Source: a bacterium (GTDB lineage Bacteria > Actinomycetota > Acidimicrobiia > Spongiisociales > ZC4RG35). From it: a DNA stretch of 64,000 bases. The DNA lies in contig JAPPFC010000055.1 of assembly GCA_028824015.1 (NCBI GenBank), forward strand, positions 109,083 through 173,082, read 5' to 3'. Positions 1 to 9,073 of the stretch are shown piece by piece. The first letter of the stretch is position 1, and each line of letters starts with the position of its first letter. The position numbers and the translations under genes were made by a program. Below the pieces are notes generated by a model. That model was not told the DNA's origin. It did no database searches and worked only from the letters and a program-made list of their open reading frames with translations.

Positions 1-113
1 TGTGTCTGAGCGTCATATTTCCCGCGCCGGTCACCACGCCTCCTCCCGGGGCCGAGAGCAGGGACAACCAAAGATAATCGGCGAGGTTTTCAACCACACC
101 GGAGCAAAGCCTG

Positions 114-866
114 TCAAAATTCCCGGCCGGCTTCCCGGTCCTCCTCATAGGCCACGGCCGCAGCCAAATCGTCACACCCGATGTCTTCCAACCTCCATGT
201 GGCGTTCGATATGCGTGGGCACCGGAAAAGGCCGGTCCGCTCCCCGCGGAGCATCTCGGAAGGCACCTGAAATGTCGAGAAGTCCGTCCGAAGGCCCATG
301 CCCCAGGCTTTGGCCAAGGCTTCCTTGGCAGTCCAGAGAGCGAGAAACGTATCCAGCCATCTCTTGCCCTGCAGTCTGGCAAGTAGCGCCCGTTCTTCGG
401 GGCCGAAGACCGTTTCCACCAGATCTTCCAGGTTCTTCCGAGGTCTTCGCTCCTCCACGTCGACGCCCACCCTCCCCCGATGGGAGAGCGCAACCAACCC
501 ATGGCTGCCGCTGTGGCTGATGTTGCAATGCAGGGCCACACGATCGCCGCCCACCAGGGGAATCGGCTTGCCGTACCTGGAAAACTCGAATGTGAGTTCT
601 CCATTGTCGCAACCCAGGGCCACACAAAGCACGGCCCGCAGCGCGGCCCGGCTCAGAACAAACTGACGGCGCGGGGCCGGGTAAAGAAACCTGCGGCAAC
701 GTCGCCGCTCCTCGGTGTCGAGCAGGGTCCAAGCGGCTGCTTCCCGCCCCGAATGGGGGACAAGGGCAACGTGAAAAACCTCAACCGGGCCTGGGCTGCA
801 GTATGGACGCCACCATCGGAGATCGTCTCCCGGCATGCCACGATCACCCTGCAAACCGGCGGTCAT
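114..866 (-). CDS. Sfp-type 4'-phosphopantetheinyl transferase (SupC-like)
   Basis: Motifs YGKP, NISHSG, VGVDVE, WTAKEALAKAWGMG; directly downstream of ACP and PKS. Confidence 0.93.
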   Translation of the reverse strand: MTAGLQGDRGMPGDDLRWWRPYCSPGPVEVFHVALVPHSGREAAAWTLLDTEERRRCRRFLYPAPRRQFVLSRAALRAVLCVALGCDNGELTFEFSRYGKPIPLVGGDRVALHCNISHSGSHGLVALSHRGRVGVDVEERRPRKNLEDLVETVFGPEERALLARLQGKRWLDTFLALWTAKEALAKAWGMGLRTDFSTFQVPSEMLRGERTGLFRCPRISNATWRLEDIGCDDLAAAVAYEEDREAGREF

Positions 867-922
867 CGGACCGTCAGCGGCGCAAAGGGCCGACCGAAAT
901 AGGTTGTGTCGGAGTTAAAGGG

Positions 923-1168
923 TCAGGCGGCCTTGGCGTCCAGGAACTCTATGAGTTCCCCCACCGAATTTATGCTCGCGCACTCCTCCATGCTCACTTC
1001 AACGCCGAACTCCTGGGCCACCAACTTGGCGAACGCCACAAAATCCAGCGACGACACCCCGGAATCCCGGAGGCTTGAATCCAGATCCAGCGGGCGACCG
1101 GGGGGGCGTCCATCGATCTCCAGATTCTCGTCGACCAGTGCCCTGATCCTCTCTTCGGTGGAAGACAT
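923..1168 (-). CDS. Free-standing acyl carrier protein (SupB-like)
   Basis: 81-aa acidic protein with GVSSLDF phosphopantetheine-site motif; AGGAGA RBS; lies between PKS and PPTase. Confidence 0.88.
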   Translation of the reverse strand: MSSTEERIRALVDENLEIDGRPPGRPLDLDSSLRDSGVSSLDFVAFAKLVAQEFGVEVSMEECASINSVGELIEFLDAKAA

Positions 1169-1309
1169 GCGTTTCTCCTGTCTCGATTTCTACATCCGTT
1201 CTCGACGTCATCACACAGACCGCGTCAAAACACAGTTCATCCTAATAGAGAGCCGGAGGTTCCCAAAGAGCCTTGCAGGTAGACCGGGTCCAGCAGTCGG
1301 TAGCCCCGG

Positions 1310-4300
1310 TTATGAGGCCTTGGCGCCGTCGCCCGGAGGCCGTATCCAGTGCCGCCGCCGTTGGAAGGGATAGCCGGGAAGGGCCACTCGACGCCGGACC
1401 TCACCTGCAAACAAACCGCCGAATGAAATGTCCAGCCCTGCCTGGTAAGCGCCTGCCACCGCTTCGACAATTCCCGGACCCGAATCCGGCGCCTCCCCGT
1501 TGGCGGATAAAGAGACAAGGGTGGGGAGTACGACCGGGGTCTCTCGAGGATCGCGCCCGCGGATGCCAAGCCCCTCTCCCAGCGAAGACTCCGGACCCGT
1601 AACCACTATCGCATCCATCCCGAGGCCCGCCAGCGTTCCCTTCCAACCCCGGACGTCGGGAGAACCCCGGGCCTGGGACAGCCAGTAGTCGAGATCCAGG
1701 TCCTCCGAAGACTCCACCACCCGGCCGGTGACATTGCTCAGCAGGGACACCGACGGGGCCACCGGCGCAAGGCCGTCGAGCGCAGCCTCCAGCACAACCC
1801 GATCATCATGATCGGACGGGGAGTTCCGCAAAGCCCCCAGGGCGACCGCCAGCCCTAAACCTTCCTCCAGGCCGAACACCCCTGCCGCCTGCGCCGCCGC
1901 TATTGCGCCCGGACCACCCCCTAACACGACGTTGGGACGAATCCCCACGCTCGCCCACTGGGCGGCCAAAGCGCACTGCAACGCATAGAGGGTCGGGTAA
2001 GCGACTGCGGGATCATCTGGATCGCCGGCCCCGGAACGACGGAACATCACGTCCAGCAGCGACGTCCCCCGCTCACGGCGCATCACGTCTTCGCAGCGGT
2101 CCAACACCGCCCGCGCCACAGGCTCGCTGCTATGCACCGCCTCGCCGGTTGCGCATGAAAAGCCCTCAGCTCCCGGGTAGACGAATGCCACCCTGGTCGC
2201 TCCCTCAGGCGTTTCCCAATCGGGGAACTCATAGGTCTCAGCAACCACCCTCAGTTCGCGGCGCAACTGGCTGACGTTGCGGAACAGAAGCCCGGCGCGG
2301 TGAGGGAAGTGGCTCCGGCCCACTCCCGCAGTCCAGGCCAGATCGGACGTGTATTCATCGGAGGGCTCGCCATCTTCGCCGTCGAGCCAGGAGAAATAAC
2401 GCCTCGCCAGACCCCGGAGCGCCCCCGCCGACTTTCCCGAAAGGGGTAGGAGACGGACCCTGCGCTCCGGGGACTCCTCCGACGTCGAAGAGCCGTCGAT
2501 CCCCGGAGGAAGCGTCACGGGCACCGCCTGGGCGCCGCCTGCCACCGGATCGGCTCCGTTGCCGGCCATCGCACCATTCCCCACCGGCCGGTAGCCTTCG
2601 ATCAGAACGTGGGCGTTGGCGCCGGAGAGCCCAAACGCATTGATCCCCGCCAAGGGAAGACGGCCGGGATCAGACGGCCAGTTCGTTCCCTCGGACGTCA
2701 CCCGCACCGGGGTCCGATCCCACTCGACATGCGGGTTGGGATCCCGGAAGTGCAGGTGGCTGGGGATCCTGCCCTCATTCATGGCGAGCACCGTCTTGAT
2801 GAAGGCCGCGATCCCGGCCGCCCACTCGATGTGCCCAATGTTGGACTTGACCGATCCGACCAGCAGCGGACGCTCCTCCGAACGCCCGTCGCCGTAGACC
2901 GCCGCGGCTGCGTTCAACTCGATGGGGTCGCCCAACTGCGAGCCGGTGGCGTGCGCTTCGAGATAATCGACCCGGGACCCCGCCACACCGGCTTGCCGCA
3001 GGGCTTCCCTCATCACCCGTTCCTGGGCCGGCCCGTTAGGCACGGTCAGTCCGGCGCTGGCCCCGTTCTGGTTGACCGCAGACCCTCGTATAACAGCCCA
3101 TATCCGGTCGCCGTCAGCCTCGGCTTCCCTCAATCGCTTCAAAACCACCATGCCGCAACCTTCGCCTCGCACGTATCCATCGGCGGAAGCGTCGAAAGGA
3201 CTGCAATGTCCGGTCGGTGACAGCATGCCGATGTCCATCATGAATCTGGACACCGAAGGAGAAAGCACCACATTCACTCCCCCCGCCAGAGCCAGGTCCA
3301 CTTCGCCGCGCTGCAAGCCCACCGCGGCCTGGTGGACCGCAGCCAACGAAGAAGCGCAGGCCAGGTCGATCGGCATCGCGGGTCCTTCCAGGCCCAAGGC
3401 GAAGGCCACCCGGCCGACCGCAACGCTTCCGGTCGTACCCAGGTAACTGTCGGCCCGGTTGGCGGCCTCGATCAAGTCCCGGTATTCGGCGCTTCCCACA
3501 CCCGCATACACCCCGGTGCGACTGCCTCTCAAACTGTCGGGATCAAACCCCGCGTCTTCCAGGGCATGCCAACTCGTCTCGAGCAATATCCGCTGCTGGG
3601 GATCCATCAACTGCGCCTCGATCGGGGAAATCCGGAAGAACCTGGAATCGAACCGGTCAATCCCGTCCAAAAAGGCTCCCCGCCGGTACGCGACATCGGC
3701 AGCTTCGGGATCCCCGACCACCCCAGCCCAAACTCCCGCGTCAGGCCGGCCATCGGTGACGGCGTCGGCGCCGGAGTCCAAAAGCTCCCAGAATGCCTCC
3801 AGGTTGTCCCCTCCGGGGAATCTGCAGGCCATACCGACCACCGCTATGCCATCATCTTCGTCGACCTTCGGAGGGGGTTCCTCGGCGACGGGTGGCTCGG
3901 GCGATGTCCGGACCTCACCAGGTTGACCGAGTTCCGAGGCCAGATGCCCCGCCAGGGCGGCGATGTCGGGATAGTCGAAGACAACGGTGTTGGAAGCCAC
4001 GTATTCGCCGGCAAAGGCGCGGTTCAAGCGGTTGCGCAACTCCACGGCCATCAGCGAATCCATTCCCAGGTCGAAGAAACCAACTGTCGGCGAAGGCGCC
4101 TTGGGCAACCTGAGCACCGCTTGCACCTCCTGCTGCAGGAAGGACACGAACACTTCTTCGGGCTCTATGGTCGGCGCGCTTCTCAGCAGGGTCAGCAGAT
4201 CCTCCGACGAGACGCCGTCATCGGACGCGTCGTCGGGGTCTGAAGACAGCACGTCCTCCAGCAAGGGAGGACGATCCTCGACAGCCTCCTCGAAAACCGA

Positions 4301-7300
4301 CCAGTCCATGGACATCACCACCGACCCGGTGTTGTCCTGACGCACCAGCCTCTCGAGGGCCCGGATTCCTTGCTGCGGTGTAAACCAGCGGCCTCCGAGG
4401 GCCGCTCGGCGCTGCTCGATACGGTCTCGTTGTTCGGCGGCTTCCCCGATTTCCGACCATGCGCCCCAAGCTATGGCTTGGCCGGGGAGACCGAGCGCCC
4501 GCCGATGAGCGGCAAGCTGATCCAAGAAGGCGTTGGCGGCGGCATGATTGGCCTGGCCGGGATTGCCCATAACACCGACTCGGCTGGAGAAGAGACAGAA
4601 AAGGTCCAGGTCCCGACCCTCAGTAGCCCGGTGCAAGTGCCAGGCGCCCACGATCTTGGGCCACAGCACCTGTTCGAAGCTCTCCCACGTCTGGTTGGTG
4701 AGGGCAGCGTCCGACAGCACGCCGACACTGTGAATGACGCCACCCAGGGGCGGAAGGCAGTCGTCGACCCGCGCCAGCATGGCGTCGACCGCCTCGGGGT
4801 CCGTGACGTCCGCCAACTCAACTGCTACGCGGACGCCGCGCCTGCGCAGCGCCTCGATGGTTTCTGTTGCCGCGGCATCAGGATCCCGGCGGCCGTTCAG
4901 AACGATCGCCCCGGCGCCCCGATCCGCCAGCCAACCGGCGACCGCACACCCGATTCCTCCCAGCCCTCCAGTCACCAGGTAGGTGCGATCCCCCCGCAAG
5001 TGGCCCGGCGCCAGTGGATTGGCGGTCACGACGATCTTCCCCAAGTGGCGGGCCGCCCGCATGAATCCCAGTGCGGCGCCCGCTTCGGCCAGCGGCCACC
5101 TGCTGTGGACCAACGGTTCGAGATCTCCTGACGAGAGTCCGTCCATCACCTCCCTCAGCACTTCTCCGACCCAGGCCGGGTCGGTCTTCTTCAGGACATC
5201 CAACTCCAAGATGTCATAGGACACATCCGGTCGCACCTCCGCCATCTCCTCCGGGCTGAGAATGTCCCTCCTGGCCAGTTCGACGAACCGACCACCGTGG
5301 GCCAGACAGGACAGGCTGGCGTCTATGAATCCCTCGCTGGTGAGGCTGTTCAACACCACGTCTACGCCCTCCCCTCCGGTGGCCGCCAGGATCTCCTCGC
5401 CGAATCTGGTCTGACGGCTGTCGAATATGTGCTCGACGCCCACCGATCGCAGATAAGCCCGCTTCGGCGCACTGCAGGTGGCGAACACCTCGGCCCCCCG
5501 GGCTTGCGCAAGCTGGATCGCCGCCAACCCCACTCCTCCCGCCCCGGCGTGTACCAGCACCCGGTCACCGGCCTCCAACCCGGAGTATTTGTAGGAGAGA
5601 GCGGCCGAGACGAAGGCGCTGGGGACGGTGGCCAGTCCCGAGACGGACACTCCTTCCGGCGCCGGCGCCACCAACTCCTCATGGGTGACCATCTCCGGGG
5701 CGAAGGCGCCGAACCCCAGTCCAACCACATGGTCGCCGACCGAGACGGTCGAGACTTCGGAACCCGTATCGACAACGTAACCGCACAACTCCCGGCCGAG
5801 ATCCCCCTCCTCGATGAATCCCAGGGAACGGAACACATCCCAGAAGTTGAGGCCGGCGGCCTCCACCGCCACCCGGACTTCCCTCGGTTCCAGGGGCCGG
5901 GCACCTATGGTCTTGATCCGTGGCCGGTCGAAGACGCCTCCCCGGTCCGGGGCCAGGACCCAGCCCGCCTCCTCAGGCAATGCCAGTCGCCCTTCCACAG
6001 ATTCGGGGCGAACCAGGCGGGCCGCTCTCCGAGTTCCGAAGCGGTAGGCAACGTGGTTCTCCCGGTCGGGATAAAGCAACTCGTTCACCAGATCGACCAT
6101 GGGTCCGGGGACGCCGGGATCAAGATCGATCATCCGGGTTTGCAGGTGCGGCGCCTCCAGCGTCATTACCTTTCCAAGACCCCAAAGGGTGGCCCCCGCC
6201 AGTCCTTCGGCTCGCTCCCTCTCCAACACCTGCGCTCCGCTGGTGACGAACCACACCCCCTTGGCCGGTACGAGATCCGAGTCGGCCAAACCCTGCACCA
6301 GCGCCAGTGCGCCGGCTCCGGCGGCTTTGACGTCCGCAGCCATCTCGGCGGTGGTTGCCCGACCTCCATGACCGTCCAGCGCCCCCAGGTGCACCACACC
6401 GTTGAGCGGCAGGTCCCGGGGCAGGTCCTCGATCAGCGATCGCCATGACTCCCGGCACTCCGTGTCCAAGGCGGTCTTGACCACCATCGGCCCATCACCG
6501 GCCGGCGTTGTCCTGCACGGATCTCCCCTGCTCGCCAGCACCACCGTCTGATTCCGGGTCGCCAACTCGGAGGCCAAGGTGTCTGCCACGCCGCTCCGAT
6601 CGGCAGCCAGCACCCACACGCCGGGAGGCTCGGTCACCTGCGCCGGCCCCTGCGCCACGATCACTCCCTTGTCCAACATCTCGAATGTGAAGGAGTCGTC
6701 CACCCCCAGGACTTCAACCCCCTCGAAACCGGCGTCGCCCAGCGCCTGCCGCCACACCTCGGGGGTGGCCAGAGCGTGGTGCGGACGGTAATGGTCGGCG
6801 AATCTCCACCATCCGTCCAGTTGTCCGAAGGTGAGGTCCATCCAACCCAGGCCGCGTAGGTTCTCGAGGGCCACCAACTGGGCGGACGGCGCCATCAGGG
6901 TCCTGCAGTGCCCCAGGGTCTCCTGCAGAAAGCGAGTGGCGTGCAACACGTTGGAGGCGATCACCAGGTCATAGCCATGCCGGTCATAGCCCTGTTCAAC
7001 AGGGTCCTTCTCTATATCCAGCGGCCGGTATTCGATGCAGCCGTCACCATCGCCGAACCTCGCTTCGGCCTCGGCGAAGAAACCGGCGGAGATGTCGGTG
7101 TAGGTGTAATCGAAACGTCCCGCGGGAAGCTCCGGTAGCACGGAGGCGGTGGCAGACCCCGTCCCCGCTCCCACCTCGATCACTCGAAGCCGCCGACCTT
7201 CCGGCAAACGCGCCAGGAGCGCCCTGACCGCGTCCCGCAACAAGGCGTTGGCGGCGCGGGCCACCGGCGCTTTCAGGTACAGATCGGCGGCGGTCGGTTC

Positions 7301-9073
7301 ACCGCTGCTGAACAGGAGGGTCAGCGGGTCCGCCCCGCCGCGCAGTACGTCGGCCAAGGCGGCGCCCGACCGCCTGAACAGGCCGATCTCGATCAGGCCC
7401 TGGGAATAACGCCCTACCATCTCCTCGGCAAACCCCTCCGGGTCGGGGGGAAGATCGTCGGGTAACGGATCATCGGGCCCCAGCAACACCACGAAGGCGC
7501 CGTCCTTCTCCTCCACAACTCCGGAGCGGGCCAGCATCTCGAACATGCGGCGGAATAGGCGCTGATGCTCGGGAATGACTCCCAAGGCTTGTCTCAGCTC
7601 ATCAGGATCGACAACCCGGCCTTCCACACGACTCCAACCCAGCTTCTCCAGGGTGAAGAGGGCATAGGAACGCGACCATCGCTCCAGGTCCGCCAACAGG
7701 GCGTTGCGTTTCTGGGGATCGACCCCGGCGGCAACCAGGTAATCGGGGAACAGTTCCGACGTGGCCGCCACCCTGCCGGGGGACGGGAAGAAGTCGGCAG
7801 GAACCAATCCCGATTCAAGGGGACGTTCTCGCCAAACTACCTCGTACAGCAAGTCATCCACCCCTTCGAAGGCCGAGAGGAGAGCGGCGCGCGTGGCGCG
7901 TTTCACGGTGTATCCGTTCAGCCCCCCGATCAGAGCCCCGTTCAGGTCGTAGATGCGAATCTCCCCGCTCAGCACCTCCGGCGGGTCATCGGACTCCGAC
8001 TCGGCTATCTGGGAGGCTTCACTCATCCGTACATGGCACAGCACCCGGTCCGGTAACCGCCTCGCCAGCCACAAACCATCCCAGCCGAACGGCAGGTAAG
8101 TCGCCTCTTCGGGACCGCCCCCCATATTGCGCGCCACGCCCACCACCTGAAAGCACCCGTCCAGTACCAGGGGATGGATAACCAACTCGTTGCGTCCCAG
8201 GGCTTGGGGAAGAGCAACCTCCGCCAAAGCCTCCCCGGGACCGGACCAGGCCGCTTCCAGGGTGCGGAACGACCGGCCCAGATCGATTCCGGTGTCGGCC
8301 TTGGCCCGGTAGTAGGTGGCCACATCGGATGGCGCCAAGCGGGCCTTGAGTTCTTCCAGGTCGACCCGTGTCCCCGCTTCGGCCGGTGCGGAGCCCGCCA
8401 ACAGACGTCCTTCCACGTGGAGCGTCCACTCTCTCTCGGTCCCCCTGCTGTATACCTGAACGAGTCGCGAGGCGGCTTGCCCGGAGTTCTCCAGCACCAC
8501 CTGCACCCGCCGTCCGTCTGCATCCCTCCCGTCCTCTGATCCCTTCTCCGAGAAGACCAGCGGGTTGTGCAGTTGCAGGTCCTCCATCACCACCGGACCG
8601 CTGCCCTCCACCAGGGAGGCCGTGGCCGCCATGGCTCCGTACAGAGCCCCCGGGGCAACGAGCCGGTCGAATACCCGGTGATCCTCCAACCAAGCCGGAT
8701 CCGACCCGAACACCTCGGTCTCGAAGGTGACCTCCCCGCGAGCCGACTCGTGCCTGACCCCCAGGAGCGGATGACCGGAGGCCGGACGGCGGCGCTTGGG
8801 CGGATCCAGCCAATGGCGTTCCCGCTGGAACGGGTATCCCGGCAATGGGATCCGACGGCGGCTCTCCCCTGCGAATAACCCCTCAAAGGAGACCTCCAGC
8901 CCCCCCCTCGTATGCTTCGGCCACCGCATCGAGAAAGCCTGCCTCCGGTTCTGCCGAAGCCCCGTCCCTGGGTGGTCGGCGCATGCTGGACAACACCACC
9001 GGAACTGCTGCCACATCGCCTCCCGGCCCTGCTTCGGGCCAGGCCAGGGTCGCCATCGGGCCCAGGACCGCAT
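1310..9073 (-). CDS. supA: Type I PKS (SupA-like), C-terminal part: DH-cMT-ER-KR-ACP-KS-AT0; homologous coding begins at ~8900, continuing the upstream ORF across a frameshift
   Basis: DH HPLLG/LEDHRV; MT EVGAGTG; ER HAGAGGVG; KR GGLGGIG; ACP GMDSL; KS DLACASS/HATGS/NIGH; terminal AT lacks GHSxG. Confidence 0.9.
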   Translation of the reverse strand: MRSWARWRPWPGPKQGREAMWQQFRWCCPACADHPGTGLRQNRRQAFSMRWPKHTRGGLEVSFEGLFAGESRRRIPLPGYPFQRERHWLDPPKRRRPASGHPLLGVRHESARGEVTFETEVFGSDPAWLEDHRVFDRLVAPGALYGAMAATASLVEGSGPVVMEDLQLHNPLVFSEKGSEDGRDADGRRVQVVLENSGQAASRLVQVYSRGTEREWTLHVEGRLLAGSAPAEAGTRVDLEELKARLAPSDVATYYRAKADTGIDLGRSFRTLEAAWSGPGEALAEVALPQALGRNELVIHPLVLDGCFQVVGVARNMGGGPEEATYLPFGWDGLWLARRLPDRVLCHVRMSEASQIAESESDDPPEVLSGEIRIYDLNGALIGGLNGYTVKRATRAALLSAFEGVDDLLYEVVWRERPLESGLVPADFFPSPGRVAATSELFPDYLVAAGVDPQKRNALLADLERWSRSYALFTLEKLGWSRVEGRVVDPDELRQALGVIPEHQRLFRRMFEMLARSGVVEEKDGAFVVLLGPDDPLPDDLPPDPEGFAEEMVGRYSQGLIEIGLFRRSGAALADVLRGGADPLTLLFSSGEPTAADLYLKAPVARAANALLRDAVRALLARLPEGRRLRVIEVGAGTGSATASVLPELPAGRFDYTYTDISAGFFAEAEARFGDGDGCIEYRPLDIEKDPVEQGYDRHGYDLVIASNVLHATRFLQETLGHCRTLMAPSAQLVALENLRGLGWMDLTFGQLDGWWRFADHYRPHHALATPEVWRQALGDAGFEGVEVLGVDDSFTFEMLDKGVIVAQGPAQVTEPPGVWVLAADRSGVADTLASELATRNQTVVLASRGDPCRTTPAGDGPMVVKTALDTECRESWRSLIEDLPRDLPLNGVVHLGALDGHGGRATTAEMAADVKAAGAGALALVQGLADSDLVPAKGVWFVTSGAQVLERERAEGLAGATLWGLGKVMTLEAPHLQTRMIDLDPGVPGPMVDLVNELLYPDRENHVAYRFGTRRAARLVRPESVEGRLALPEEAGWVLAPDRGGVFDRPRIKTIGARPLEPREVRVAVEAAGLNFWDVFRSLGFIEEGDLGRELCGYVVDTGSEVSTVSVGDHVVGLGFGAFAPEMVTHEELVAPAPEGVSVSGLATVPSAFVSAALSYKYSGLEAGDRVLVHAGAGGVGLAAIQLAQARGAEVFATCSAPKRAYLRSVGVEHIFDSRQTRFGEEILAATGGEGVDVVLNSLTSEGFIDASLSCLAHGGRFVELARRDILSPEEMAEVRPDVSYDILELDVLKKTDPAWVGEVLREVMDGLSSGDLEPLVHSRWPLAEAGAALGFMRAARHLGKIVVTANPLAPGHLRGDRTYLVTGGLGGIGCAVAGWLADRGAGAIVLNGRRDPDAAATETIEALRRRGVRVAVELADVTDPEAVDAMLARVDDCLPPLGGVIHSVGVLSDAALTNQTWESFEQVLWPKIVGAWHLHRATEGRDLDLFCLFSSRVGVMGNPGQANHAAANAFLDQLAAHRRALGLPGQAIAWGAWSEIGEAAEQRDRIEQRRAALGGRWFTPQQGIRALERLVRQDNTGSVVMSMDWSVFEEAVEDRPPLLEDVLSSDPDDASDDGVSSEDLLTLLRSAPTIEPEEVFVSFLQQEVQAVLRLPKAPSPTVGFFDLGMDSLMAVELRNRLNRAFAGEYVASNTVVFDYPDIAALAGHLASELGQPGEVRTSPEPPVAEEPPPKVDEDDGIAVVGMACRFPGGDNLEAFWELLDSGADAVTDGRPDAGVWAGVVGDPEAADVAYRRGAFLDGIDRFDSRFFRISPIEAQLMDPQQRILLETSWHALEDAGFDPDSLRGSRTGVYAGVGSAEYRDLIEAANRADSYLGTTGSVAVGRVAFALGLEGPAMPIDLACASSLAAVHQAAVGLQRGEVDLALAGGVNVVLSPSVSRFMMDIGMLSPTGHCSPFDASADGYVRGEGCGMVVLKRLREAEADGDRIWAVIRGSAVNQNGASAGLTVPNGPAQERVMREALRQAGVAGSRVDYLEAHATGSQLGDPIELNAAAAVYGDGRSEERPLLVGSVKSNIGHIEWAAGIAAFIKTVLAMNEGRIPSHLHFRDPNPHVEWDRTPVRVTSEGTNWPSDPGRLPLAGINAFGLSGANAHVLIEGYRPVGNGAMAGNGADPVAGGAQAVPVTLPPGIDGSSTSEESPERRVRLLPLSGKSAGALRGLARRYFSWLDGEDGEPSDEYTSDLAWTAGVGRSHFPHRAGLLFRNVSQLRRELRVVAETYEFPDWETPEGATRVAFVYPGAEGFSCATGEAVHSSEPVARAVLDRCEDVMRRERGTSLLDVMFRRSGAGDPDDPAVAYPTLYALQCALAAQWASVGIRPNVVLGGGPGAIAAAQAAGVFGLEEGLGLAVALGALRNSPSDHDDRVVLEAALDGLAPVAPSVSLLSNVTGRVVESSEDLDLDYWLSQARGSPDVRGWKGTLAGLGMDAIVVTGPESSLGEGLGIRGRDPRETPVVLPTLVSLSANGEAPDSGPGIVEAVAGAYQAGLDISFGGLFAGEVRRRVALPGYPFQRRRHWIRPPGDGAKAS

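Noticed and set aside
8900-9073. Independent start of the second PKS ORF at 9073
   Set aside because: The first ~57 codons are an off-frame reading of the AT domain with no RBS; homology begins only at the G run
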